Assembly (NCBI GenBank): GCA_905178155.1
Contig: CAJINV010000009.1
Span: 310,001 to 374,000 of the forward strand
Length of the DNA stretch: 64,000 nt
Source: Amoebophrya sp. A120
Taxonomy: Eukaryota; Protista; Dinoflagellata
Reading direction: 5' to 3'
Numbering within the stretch: the first letter of the stretch is position 1; every line of letters starts with the position of its first letter. Both the position numbers and the translations under genes were made by a program. Positions 24,308 through 34,709 of this stretch are shown piece after piece. The notes under the pieces are model-generated. The model saw nothing but the letters and a program-made list of their open reading frames with translations. It made no database searches and was not told the origin of the DNA.

Positions 24308-25145
24308 GTCTGGTGTGCGCAAGGATAAACAAAGACAAGCCGCAACGTTTTCTGGTATGAAAACAGTCGAGCACTCCGACGAAGTAGTTTCGTTTCCGCG
24401 TAGCCCAATTTTCGCTGCGTGTTCAGCTTGAGCTGCTCGTACTGGTTCCGAATATGATCATTGGGTTCGAGGGATTCCTTCGCTGTGTGTCAGGGGACAT
24501 GGTGGTTCGTGCATCGCCGCGTTCCTTTGCGTACAAAAACAAAATGAAGAAAGTCCAGGGTTTACCGCATCCAGATTCATGTTCATCTGCCATCGTGTTT
24601 AGTTCTGTCGTCATAAAGAAAGTTACAAGAGTGTCAATGTGATGCCTTGAAATTTTTTTCAATTTTCTCTATTCCTCTTTCTCGATGAGTTGACGGATAT
24701 CGGCGACGGCGTTTCGGCTTTCGTATGGTGCTGAGTGTCTCAATCGTATTCAGTGCTGTCGTGTACGTGTGAATAAGTAGCAGCAGACCTAAGTAATGGT
24801 AATAAATTGCGAAGACGATCATGACATTGTCGTAAACAAATGCAAGGCGAGAGGATGAAAGTGTCGGGGTGCAAACTTTTCAGTCTTCGTAAAAAAGGGA
24901 AAAGCAAGAGGGCTTTGATGCGGCATCGCCTGTATCGTCTTATTATTATGCTGTCCTGGTGATTGCGATTGGTGTTGATGCGTATTTAGGAGCGACTCCA
25001 ATTTCATCCATAGGTCACGTAAATTCAACAGAGAAACCTCCGTACTCGTGTATGTGAGTGTATCTTCGTTGTTCTCTGTTTGCGCGATTTCCGCGAAGAT
25101 AGAAGCGAGACATCGTAATAGAGGTAGAGAGTTACTGCATCAAAA

Positions 25146-27497
25146 ATGGCAGGGGGCGCGACGAGGTTTGCTATTCTTCTTTTGCTGGCACTCTACTGCT
25201 CCTCCACAATCGCGGCAATCGACGTCGTGGAGGAGATACAGGAAGCGGTAGAAGCGGCGATGGAGCAGTCGGGCCATGCCGTGTCGGATGCGATGGAGAC
25301 GGGCGGTGTTCTTGACGCTAAAGAGCTGGAAAGTCTGAATGTCGAAGAGAATCCGGCCTGGAATGATTTCCTCACCAACACCCTTCCTGATCCGTTGGCC
25401 GATGGACAGGTGAGTACGGAGGAACTGCACGACTACCAAACTAATGTGGCTTCGAGCTACGAGCCCAGCGAAGCCGCTGCAATCGTGGAGCAAGTCAACA
25501 GCCCGTCAAGAGCGATCGACGAAGCCGGCGTGGGGGCGGAGGCTGCCGGGGCGGGAGATGGCGGGAAAAATCTGATTGAAGATGCGGGCGTGACCGAGAA
25601 GCAAGCCGCACTGGCGCACTTTGTTATCGCGGACCAGAACGCTGCGCGAGAAGTGGAGCACTACAACGAGCTGCCGCTGGAGGAGAAAAGCAAAATCATC
25701 CGGACCCTTGACACGAACCACGACATGGAGTTCGTTGGCGCGGAGAAGGATCGCGCGGCCGCGGCAAGCAGTGCAGCGATTGCTAGGGATGAGAATCACG
25801 TCAGCCTCGAGCAGCAGATCCAGCAAGCCTATCCCGTGAAGCACCTCTCTCTCCGGGCTTCCGCTGCAAAGGTCCCGTCCGTGAACGCGGCCGACGGCTT
25901 GGACCAGTGGGAGCTGGACAAACTGCAGCGTGAGTCGGAGGACAGCGGCATGTGGCGGGATCTCGAGGACAAAGCAGAGTGGCACAACATGCTAGCTTCC
26001 GAAACCAGGAGGCGCAGGATGTTCACCAACCACCATAACATACATCATCTGGAGCACCTGGCCCTAGACGCTTTACCGCGGGACCAGACACTTTCCCCGG
26101 AAGACCTGCGACGCTTGGAAGTCGAAGAGAATGAGGATCGCATGGACCACCAGCTGGATGCGATCCGCAACCTGGACCCGGGCGAGAAAGAGTACTTCAA
26201 CAGCCTACGCGATGAGAAGGGGGAGTTGTCGCGCGCCGATTTGCAGCTCGTGCATGAGTACGCCTTGGGGGGTACAGAGGGCGTGAGTCCCAGCGGCGGG
26301 GGAAGTGGCAAGGACGCAGCGAAGGCGCTCGCCAGTCCAAATTGGAGTTTCCTTTCTACCAACGCTTGGGACAAAATGTCTGCGGCGGAAAGGGTCAAGC
26401 TGATGCTGGCGGACAAGGATCACGACGGCCAGCTTTCCACCGCGGAAGTTGAGGCAACCGATTGGTATCATGAGTACGCGAAGGAGCACGGGGGTGCAGC
26501 GGCACAGCAGACGCTGATGGAGTCGGGTGGGAGGTCAAAGATTCTGGAAGAAGTGATCCGGGATCGACACCCGGGTGGGTGGTACGAATTCGACGCCGTG
26601 AACCAGATCGGCAAACCCGTCGCCGGGGTCGCGGTGGTTGGCGGTGTCGCCGCTGCTAGTGCACCGCTGGTGTCCCGCGTGGTGTCCACGGTGCGGGAGA
26701 AGAAGAGCAAAAAGGACAAAGAGGCCTATCAGGCGGAACGGGCAAAGCGCGAGGAGAAAAGGAAGCAGCAGGATCTTGAGGAACGCAAGGAAGAAGAGGA
26801 AGTGGAGCAGAAGTGGGGCGAAAAAGAAACCAAACAGACAGAAGCGTCTCCTGTGGCTGTGCCCAGTGACATCAGCACCACCACCGCTTCTACTACCGAC
26901 ACTTCGTCTGCATTGCTCGCGTCCATTCCCAGCCGGCGACGTGGCGGATACCCGGCCGGGACTTTCGACTCAGATGAAGAGGATACTAAGTGGTCAGCTC
27001 TATTGCAAGCGCGGATACTAGAGGATGAACAAGTGGGCGGGGATGAAGAAATGACTAACAGCATGAACACGAACTGGAAAAAATCCACCGACACGTCGAA
27101 ACATGAGCAAAGTCGTGGGGAGCATGAGAACACCAGCACCGCGACTGCAAAAGAGCACCAGCACCGCTACGTGGACAAGGTTCTGGACCACAGGGCACTG
27201 CAAGATGAAAGTTCTGTAGCGGCAGCATCAGTTGCCTCCGCGCTCCAAACGCAGCCCGCAAGGGGAGAGAGTCGGAAATTGCAGACAGAGGAGGTGGTCG
27301 TGTGGTCTGACGACGAGCAGTTCTTGGGGGCGGAAAGTGTAAAAGCAAGTGCGGAAGATACAAACGGGGCTGACGTTTCGGCCTCCACCAAGCAGCAGCA
27401 GGAGACGAGTGGCGGAGCCGAAGCTGGAGCAGAACAAGAAACAAAGATGATGAAGAAGATCACCGATCGAGGCGGACGCAATCTGCGTGGTCGGTGA
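25146..27497 (+). CDS. Putative secreted or membrane acidic protein with EF-hand-like loops (783 aa)
   Basis: Signal-peptide-like N-terminus (RFAILLLLALYCSSTIAA), EF-hand-like DKDHDGQLSTAE, and a hydrophobic VAGVAVVGGVAAASAPLV segment followed by a basic stretch. Confidence 0.75.
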   Translation: MAGGATRFAILLLLALYCSSTIAAIDVVEEIQEAVEAAMEQSGHAVSDAMETGGVLDAKELESLNVEENPAWNDFLTNTLPDPLADGQVSTEELHDYQTNVASSYEPSEAAAIVEQVNSPSRAIDEAGVGAEAAGAGDGGKNLIEDAGVTEKQAALAHFVIADQNAAREVEHYNELPLEEKSKIIRTLDTNHDMEFVGAEKDRAAAASSAAIARDENHVSLEQQIQQAYPVKHLSLRASAAKVPSVNAADGLDQWELDKLQRESEDSGMWRDLEDKAEWHNMLASETRRRRMFTNHHNIHHLEHLALDALPRDQTLSPEDLRRLEVEENEDRMDHQLDAIRNLDPGEKEYFNSLRDEKGELSRADLQLVHEYALGGTEGVSPSGGGSGKDAAKALASPNWSFLSTNAWDKMSAAERVKLMLADKDHDGQLSTAEVEATDWYHEYAKEHGGAAAQQTLMESGGRSKILEEVIRDRHPGGWYEFDAVNQIGKPVAGVAVVGGVAAASAPLVSRVVSTVREKKSKKDKEAYQAERAKREEKRKQQDLEERKEEEEVEQKWGEKETKQTEASPVAVPSDISTTTASTTDTSSALLASIPSRRRGGYPAGTFDSDEEDTKWSALLQARILEDEQVGGDEEMTNSMNTNWKKSTDTSKHEQSRGEHENTSTATAKEHQHRYVDKVLDHRALQDESSVAAASVASALQTQPARGESRKLQTEEVVVWSDDEQFLGAESVKASAEDTNGADVSASTKQQQETSGGAEAGAEQETKMMKKITDRGGRNLRGR

Positions 27498-28188
27498 CCT
27501 GATCATGAAACATCCGCTCTGTTAAAGATAAAACGAAGCAAATCCACATGCTCACTTGGCCGCATCCATCGTAAGGATCGTTTCGTTTGTTGCGACGCAA
27601 GAACGACAACGGATATCGCGGACCTGCCATGATACCGAGCAGCTGCAACGCTTGTCCGTGTGTCGTTGAGCAGAACGCGGTGCTACTACTTCGCGTTCGT
27701 GTTCGTTATAGAGATCCAGAGCCTCCTCGCTTCGTTATTGTCATGTGCATCTTGTGTGTCGTTTCTATCTCATGATTGTCTTCATCGTTATCCTCCCAGT
27801 CAAGTGTAAGCTAAAATCGATGATCAGCCTCCTCGTTCGATCGTCTGTGTCGTAGAGTCTCTGTCGTCACCTAACATGCGAAACAAAATTTTATTTTTTG
27901 CATTTGTCGATCTCGATATCCATATCGTGTTCGTCGCCTGTTCGCCGTCACATCGTAAACCCGCTGAACCACTGTCGCTGAAAGGCTATCGTTTGTCGAT
28001 TTGAAGAAGTCGTCTACGACCATGTTGTCATTGTAGTATCTTCATTTTGATTTCTCCGAGCGATTGCAGCCTAAGTATTGCAGACTCCTCTAGTACTCTT
28101 CTTCCTTATCCTTTCAACTTGGTCCTAAGCTGCCTCCTTTTGGAAAGCTCAGGTGATTTGCGTGGGAACAGTGCGAACGACTAAAACA

Positions 28189-30654
28189 ATGGCTGATGCA
28201 GCCGAAACTGGTGTTCGCGACAGCGCACTTGAGGAGGCATTCCGCAAAGACGCAGAGACGTTCGAGGACCACGTCGTCATTCCGGTTCGGAACGACGAGG
28301 AAAGATCTGCAACAGGGTCCCGGCAGCGCAGCCAGCCGAAGCAGCGCATCCGCAAGAAACCGTTTGGTGCGAAAAAAACACCCGCCGCCGCCCGAAACCA
28401 AGGCCGGGCTGCGAAGGTCGGTGTCGAAGACGAGGACGAAGATGATGAGGACGATGGCACGCCTGCCGTTGTTGGAGTTGGCGGGAATGATGATGAGTCG
28501 ATGCACCTGATACCAAAAGAAGCAGAGGACATTGATACCGACGTTGTCCAGCAGGAGGAACAAGCCCATGACGCAGCTTTGCAGGCACGGCGCGAGCGCG
28601 CAAACAGGCGAAAGCAGCATTTGCGACAGGAGATGGAAGAGAGAAAGCGTGGCGCCGGTGGTGGCGCTCCCAGCATTGTCCGAGATGGAACTCCTGCTAA
28701 TGCTCTAGCAAATAAAGGTATTAGTGCCAGTGGACGAACAACTCTGGACGATGAAAGGGAGCCAGATATCGCTGACTTTATCAACGTGGCGGAAGAGGAC
28801 GAGGACGCGGGTTTTCCCATCACAGGAACTTCAAACACCACCCCGACGCAGGTTCAGCAAGGAGCGCTTTCCACTTCCAGCAAACGCCGCACGAGCCGAA
28901 GGCCCGCGGAGGGGGAAACGCCCGCCGAGCTGCTTGCCGCCGGCAGCCGCAAAAAGCAGCACATGCAGGGTCACGGGATGAATATGAAAGGGTCCTCGTC
29001 GTCGAAGCACCACGGATCAAAGGGTGGAAAGGGGTCGAAATACGGGCAGTTTGTTGACCAAGCACCGGAAAGAAATGAGTTCATGCAGCTGTTTGACCAG
29101 GCGGCAACACAGGGGTACCAGCCTCCAGAAAAGGAGAATGACATGCGGTTGTTGCAGCTCCCGGCGGGCACGAAAGAGAAGCGGCTGTCGATGATACGCA
29201 CCGGACAGCACCCGGATCTCTTCTCCAGCGGCGGGGGACCGTTTTCCATGGAGCTAGGGCACGATCAAGACGATTACGGCGGGGCTGCTGGCGTTGGAGG
29301 TGTGCAGGGCGGCGGCCTGGAGTCCAACTTGATGTCCGCCGGACCGGGGGGCGCCGGGCAGCTCGGCGTGAACAAGTTGCAGGCCGTCGAAGATAAGGCG
29401 GATGAGGCGGAGCGCAACGCGCCGTCGGTCGTGGAGAAGGTGGGGGCCTGGTTCGGGAACCTGTTTGGGGGTGGGGGCGGGGAGGAGGAGAAGAAGGAAG
29501 AGAAGAAACCGCTTGTCCCCGGGGCGAAGAAGAAGCCGGAGAAGCCCGGGCGCGGTCACCGGAAGGAGCAGCAGATCCACTCCGTCCACGCCAGCGTGCA
29601 CCTGGAGGGGGAGCTGAAAATGAAAAAAACGTTTTTCGACCACGAAATGGCGATCCCCGCGAACGATTCCTACATTCTGCGGGTGTCCAGCCGGTTCACG
29701 CCGAACGGGACGGATGTCGCGTTTTACGCGGATCAGTACACGCGCAGTCTGCTGCATTTCGAGCTCTCGAACCGCGGGGCGGAGCTGCGGCTGGGCCCCG
29801 GCCAGGGGGTGTTGTCCATGTTCAAAGAGGGGGAAAGCTCGCTCCTCACGACGCCGGCGGACTCCGCTGTATCATCCGCGCGGTCCACACAGTCCATTTC
29901 CGGTGTTCGCGGCACCCAGGGAGGAAGTATACGTTCACATCAATCCACCATGATGAACCGGTCATCGATGCGGAGAAGTGCGGTCGCTGGGCCGCCGATA
30001 AGCTTCGAGACGCCCGAAGCAGTGGCGTTACTCGATTTCGTCTCCTCCAGCTACTCGGAGCGGGCCACCACGCCGAAGGCCCCGCCGAACGTGGTGAACA
30101 ACCGCTACCTCGCCCGGTGGAACCACGAGAACGTGGCGTACTTTCTCCCGAACCAGCCGCTGGTGAACCTGGCGTGCTTCGATTTCGGCACCAACAAGCC
30201 GTATTTCCGACTGCAGAACGTGCAGTTCAACCCGAAACTCGCGAATTACCAGATTCTCGAGCCGGGCTGCTGCGCGTGCGGGAGCGGGCCGTCTTTTGAG
30301 GAGATCGAGGACGAGCGGCACAGTCGAACCTGGCTCTTCCACTGCGCCATTGTGGACTGCGGCTCGCAGTACTTCGATTTCGACGACCAGTACGGGCAGC
30401 GGCAGCAGTTTCCGGTCATCGGCCAACTGGTGTGTTGCAACGACGTGGAAACGAGGGTGGACGATCCGCTGTTGAACGAGGACTACCTGCGAACCCTGAT
30501 GTCCGTGGAGGCGAAGCGACTGCAAAAGATGCACTGCATGCGCAAGACTGGGTACGAAATGCACGTCGCGCTGGAGGACCCCACCGACGGAAACTGCGCC
30601 GCAGCCTGCACGTTCTTCGCCCTCTACCTGCTCCTCAGGTGTCAACAGTGGTAA
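28189..30654 (+). CDS. Hypothetical protein (about 820 aa): disordered N-terminus, globular Cys-containing C-terminal domain
   Basis: Long ORF with coding-type codon bias; ATG at 28189 follows AAAACA. No family recognised. Confidence 0.75.
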   Translation: MADAAETGVRDSALEEAFRKDAETFEDHVVIPVRNDEERSATGSRQRSQPKQRIRKKPFGAKKTPAAARNQGRAAKVGVEDEDEDDEDDGTPAVVGVGGNDDESMHLIPKEAEDIDTDVVQQEEQAHDAALQARRERANRRKQHLRQEMEERKRGAGGGAPSIVRDGTPANALANKGISASGRTTLDDEREPDIADFINVAEEDEDAGFPITGTSNTTPTQVQQGALSTSSKRRTSRRPAEGETPAELLAAGSRKKQHMQGHGMNMKGSSSSKHHGSKGGKGSKYGQFVDQAPERNEFMQLFDQAATQGYQPPEKENDMRLLQLPAGTKEKRLSMIRTGQHPDLFSSGGGPFSMELGHDQDDYGGAAGVGGVQGGGLESNLMSAGPGGAGQLGVNKLQAVEDKADEAERNAPSVVEKVGAWFGNLFGGGGGEEEKKEEKKPLVPGAKKKPEKPGRGHRKEQQIHSVHASVHLEGELKMKKTFFDHEMAIPANDSYILRVSSRFTPNGTDVAFYADQYTRSLLHFELSNRGAELRLGPGQGVLSMFKEGESSLLTTPADSAVSSARSTQSISGVRGTQGGSIRSHQSTMMNRSSMRRSAVAGPPISFETPEAVALLDFVSSSYSERATTPKAPPNVVNNRYLARWNHENVAYFLPNQPLVNLACFDFGTNKPYFRLQNVQFNPKLANYQILEPGCCACGSGPSFEEIEDERHSRTWLFHCAIVDCGSQYFDFDDQYGQRQQFPVIGQLVCCNDVETRVDDPLLNEDYLRTLMSVEAKRLQKMHCMRKTGYEMHVALEDPTDGNCAAACTFFALYLLLRCQQW

Positions 30655-31331
30655 GTAGAAGGTGGTGAGCAGACACTTGTCGCGCTCCTGGATACGACTC
30701 GTGTTTGGAACATGTATTCCGTAACTCTTGCTCAAGCTCCTCAAGGTCAAGAGTACGTACTACTGAAATCCCGACTACTTCGAACGCCGTGCAAAATTTT
30801 TGTGCCGGTGTGCCTGGCCTCGGCTTGTTTGTAACAATTGTACGTGTACTTTGAATTTGAATGATTTGTAGCAAGGAACGAAATAAATTTATGTATTTTT
30901 CACGAAGAAACGATTTTGTACTTGTAGCCAAAGGGGAACGAACATTGTTCCGGATTAAAAAAGGAGAGTTTGGCTGCTGTTCCGTCGGTAGCTCTGTGTG
31001 AGCGTAAGTACCGAACATGTAGCACTTATTCCAAATCCAGTTCCAAAACTAAATCTGCTTCGTCGTCGTTGGGTCCAGCTTGCTTCAGAGTGCTGGTTCG
31101 GTGTACTCTTTCTCCCGCTCCTCAGGCTAAATCAAAAACGAATCGGGTCCTGGGTTGTGTGAAGAATATCAATGAACAGTAGGCCGAAGATCCGGGGGGC
31201 GAGAACGATGTGCATCAAAAAGGGGTTTCAAAGAGAGGTGATCACATCAAAACCAAAAGCGTTAACCTTCTGAAGAAATAAACATTCGATCTTCCGAGAT
31301 TAGTATACGCTAACGAAAAAGATACCCGATC

Positions 31332-32672
31332 ATGCCAGCTTCAGGTTCCTCAAGTTTTTTTTGCTGTGGTGGGGGAGCATCGAGCTCCAAACGCCACGGT
31401 GCGAGCGATTCAGCGGCAGACTCAGGTCAAAAGCGCCAGCGACAGTCTGGCTCCCAGTCGAACCCAGAAGACGGAGAAGGAGAAGGCCAGGACGAGGCGG
31501 AACAGATGACGTACCAGTGCCGCCCCGCCGCGTCCTGCCATCTGCATTACGCATTTGGACCGATGCCGGAGCTGCTTTCAGGAGGAGCAAATACGACCGA
31601 CGTCGCGGTTGAGGTAGGAGCAGGAGAGCAAGACGAGGAAAGCAAGGCCGGTAACAGCACGAGTACGGCTCCAGTGGTTCTAGACACGAAGCCGAAAAAC
31701 CTGGAGATGGCCCTGTTGCAGTCCGTCACCGTCGAGCATTCCGCTCGTTGCACCTACTTCTGTGTGGTGCAGTTCCCACCTGCCGGCTACTGTGGGATCC
31801 AAGAGCGCGAGAACGGTGAGAAGATTGCCATTTTCTCGGTCTGGGACCAGCGGGAGGGGGACGTGGCAGTGGTGAACGCGGGCCCGTCGGTGTATTCCGA
31901 GCCCTTCGGTGGCGAGGGTACCGGCCAGAAGTTGTGGCGGCATTTCGGATGGCAGATTGGCGAGGTTGTGACCTTCTGCGTCCGCGTCATGACCGAAGAA
32001 GACGACCTGAGCATGTGGCGATTCTCGTGCGACGTGCTCACGGTCGTCGTCGAGAGAGATATGGCGTCGATCGAAGCGACACAAAGAGAAACAGAACCAA
32101 GCCCAAGTGCGAACGCAACGAGTCGGTTGGTAGACGAAGCGGGCAACGCCGTTCCGGAGGACCAATTAGCGAAGGAGGCGCTGGACGATTTCGAGAGGAG
32201 CACCGCAAGTGGCGAGACGTCCGGAAGGAACAAGGACCCGGGCGGAAATAAAACGAAGTACAAGATCCACCCCATGGGGACGTTACGTGTCAAGTGCACC
32301 GCTGCGGCGGTCAATGGCTTTTCCTCCTTTGTTGAGGACTACGACCGAGTGCCGAACGCAAGTGGCCTGTTCTGTTCGCGCAAAGCCCATTTCGGCGGCG
32401 AACCGAAGTGGTGGGTAAGGACGAAGAAGAGTGTCGCGGGTGCTGAGGGTGCTGGTATTGATGCTGTTACTGGGCCCTTTTTTCAGCAACGAAAACTGAA
32501 AAAAGTCTCGTTTACGAAATGCAGCCAGGCTGCGGAGGCGGAGGGGGCGACGACGAGATGTTGTGGGGTAGCGAATGGCGGTCTAAGCTACTGCTTGGAG
32601 ACCGGAGGAAGTGAAGCCTTTTCGCAAGTCACAGAAACTGAAAAAACGTTGTTTCAGAGGACGCCTCCGTGA
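31332..32672 (+). CDS. DUF3472/DUF5077-like domain protein (446 aa)
   Basis: Motif series TYFCVVQF..GYCGIQE....KIAIFSVWD...FGGEGTG.K....FGWQIGE...F.V...FSSFVEDY. Confidence 0.7.
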   Translation: MPASGSSSFFCCGGGASSSKRHGASDSAADSGQKRQRQSGSQSNPEDGEGEGQDEAEQMTYQCRPAASCHLHYAFGPMPELLSGGANTTDVAVEVGAGEQDEESKAGNSTSTAPVVLDTKPKNLEMALLQSVTVEHSARCTYFCVVQFPPAGYCGIQERENGEKIAIFSVWDQREGDVAVVNAGPSVYSEPFGGEGTGQKLWRHFGWQIGEVVTFCVRVMTEEDDLSMWRFSCDVLTVVVERDMASIEATQRETEPSPSANATSRLVDEAGNAVPEDQLAKEALDDFERSTASGETSGRNKDPGGNKTKYKIHPMGTLRVKCTAAAVNGFSSFVEDYDRVPNASGLFCSRKAHFGGEPKWWVRTKKSVAGAEGAGIDAVTGPFFQQRKLKKVSFTKCSQAAEAEGATTRCCGVANGGLSYCLETGGSEAFSQVTETEKTLFQRTPP

Positions 32673-33075
32673 ACTTGAATCCGAGAAACAAAAGGAAACG
32701 CCTTGTTGAGGATTCCGCAATCTTCAACAAATCACATTTTTTCTCGGAGTTGGACCACCTAGATTCATTTTGTTGATGGTTGGCTGCAACCGCGTTTGTG
32801 TTTGTAACACGAACGATATTCGAGGAATTGTGTGATAGATATTGATTGCTAGTTGTCGTGCCGCTTGGCTCCGGGTTCAATTGCAATTTGTACGAACAAG
32901 AAAGATGTGATTGTGATGAGAGGGGTGGAATCCTATTTCGCTAAAAGAACTACATCGACATGGCGCTGCCAGGACAACCACAAAAGCAAAGCGATTTTTG
33001 AGTTGTCGAGGGATAACTAAAGAGTGTTGCACTTGTTTGCGTTGTGTGAACTCTATTAGAACTTCTATCAGAAGG

Positions 33076-34659
33076 ATGTTGTATGTGCCTATGATTGGGA
33101 CTGGCACCGCCCCTCTGTTCGCGCGTCGTTCCGCAGCGGGAACGAGAGCAGTGCCTTGTCCTCGTCTTTTTGCTTCGGTCGTGGAAATCAAGCAGAAGCG
33201 TTTCCCGGCAACGACGAATGAGGAGTATGACAAGAGGCGACAAGTATTCTTCTCTCGAGCAGAGGGGCTCCACTATTTCTGTCGCGAGATAACCGCTGTC
33301 GCGCCCGAGCTTCGTTTCCGTGGGTTGCCCGGCCACTTCGGCCAGCATGCTCTTTTTCGTGTTGCGACATCAAATTCCACCGACGAAATTTCACCTGCTG
33401 ACAACGGGAATACTAGTAGCGAACCCCTCTGGCGGGTGGTGTCTCTGCGGACGTCAGACCGCGAGGGTGAAGTTCGTCGGGGTCGGACCAGACTAAGGTT
33501 TTCCTACTGCAGGAATGTTCACGGCGTACCTCAAGTTTACGTACATACGGGCTTCGCGAAGCTTTTCACATCTGAAAATGTGCCGATCAATACGAAGCCA
33601 CGCGATCTTGCGTTCAGCGTTCACGATGACGGGCAAAGCGCTGAGTCAATCGCTGATATGCTTCGGCAGGACTGGTTGACACAACCCCAGTTTTCTCCTC
33701 GTGATTGGTTCATACGAATTGCGAGCAGACAGCGTAACATCTCGAGTCTCCGCATTTACAATCAGATGCTTCTGGAGGCTGAAGAAAAATTGTACACGCC
33801 CGCTGGTCTGGAGTTAACCTTCCCGCTCGGCCACAGAGATGTCCGTCACAATAGTTTGATTGGTGGACTCCGTGTGCTACACCGCACTGCCGAATTTCGT
33901 ACGGGGATTCGAACTCGCAGAATTCGCTTTGCTTCGTGTCAGGGAAGCGCACGTGAACGTCCTCTGACTCTCCCCGAACTACAAACCATTGACTTCGTGT
34001 GCGCGTTCCATGGCGATGAACTCACGGGGCAACTTCGTGGAATGTACATTTTTCCAAAAGATGTCATCGCGCACGAGCTGGGCATTCATGCCACAAATAC
34101 CGTTACTGGAAACGAGGATAGCCGCTTAGTATCTGCATGTGAAGACCGCGAGAAAATTCAAAGTGATTCAGATCGTGGTGAGATGCGTCAGCAGTTATCG
34201 TTATCGAAAAGGTTCTTGATTGTGGAACCTCCAACACGCACTGACCTTTCGAATGAATTTCAATCCACGACGACTGATACGCCAGCTCCCAGAAGCAGTG
34301 TGAAAGGCTGGCAAATGGATTACTACGTAAATGTTGAGGACGAGTTCCAGCGTAGAACCAACATTGAAAAAGCACGCCGCCTTTTTCGAAGTCCCTCATT
34401 TGATGGTTGTACGACGATGCAACGTAGCAGAATCGGGCCCTTCTCACAATCTCGATGTGTCGAAATAAAACGGTACGGCAATGAATTGTTCTGCGAGAGA
34501 GTGTTCTGTTTTGCTGGCCTCCGCCTTTGTGGAGACGCGATCACGGTTTTCAATTTGTTCTTGTCGTCGGACCTTGAGATACATGTAAAGAGGCACGGGA
34601 CCTCAAATAGAAAGGGAAAGGCACAGAAATGCGATCGCGCAGACGGATCGGTGATCTAG
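33076..34659 (+). CDS. Hypothetical protein, possibly organelle-targeted
   Basis: ORF of more than 500 codons with an Arg-rich, acid-poor N-terminus. No family recognised. Confidence 0.55.
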   Translation: MLYVPMIGTGTAPLFARRSAAGTRAVPCPRLFASVVEIKQKRFPATTNEEYDKRRQVFFSRAEGLHYFCREITAVAPELRFRGLPGHFGQHALFRVATSNSTDEISPADNGNTSSEPLWRVVSLRTSDREGEVRRGRTRLRFSYCRNVHGVPQVYVHTGFAKLFTSENVPINTKPRDLAFSVHDDGQSAESIADMLRQDWLTQPQFSPRDWFIRIASRQRNISSLRIYNQMLLEAEEKLYTPAGLELTFPLGHRDVRHNSLIGGLRVLHRTAEFRTGIRTRRIRFASCQGSARERPLTLPELQTIDFVCAFHGDELTGQLRGMYIFPKDVIAHELGIHATNTVTGNEDSRLVSACEDREKIQSDSDRGEMRQQLSLSKRFLIVEPPTRTDLSNEFQSTTTDTPAPRSSVKGWQMDYYVNVEDEFQRRTNIEKARRLFRSPSFDGCTTMQRSRIGPFSQSRCVEIKRYGNELFCERVFCFAGLRLCGDAITVFNLFLSSDLEIHVKRHGTSNRKGKAQKCDRADGSVI

Positions 34660-34709
34660 ATCGCAGTGTGGGTCAGACTCAGAATCTAGTTTTGTTGTGA
34701 GGAAAAAAG

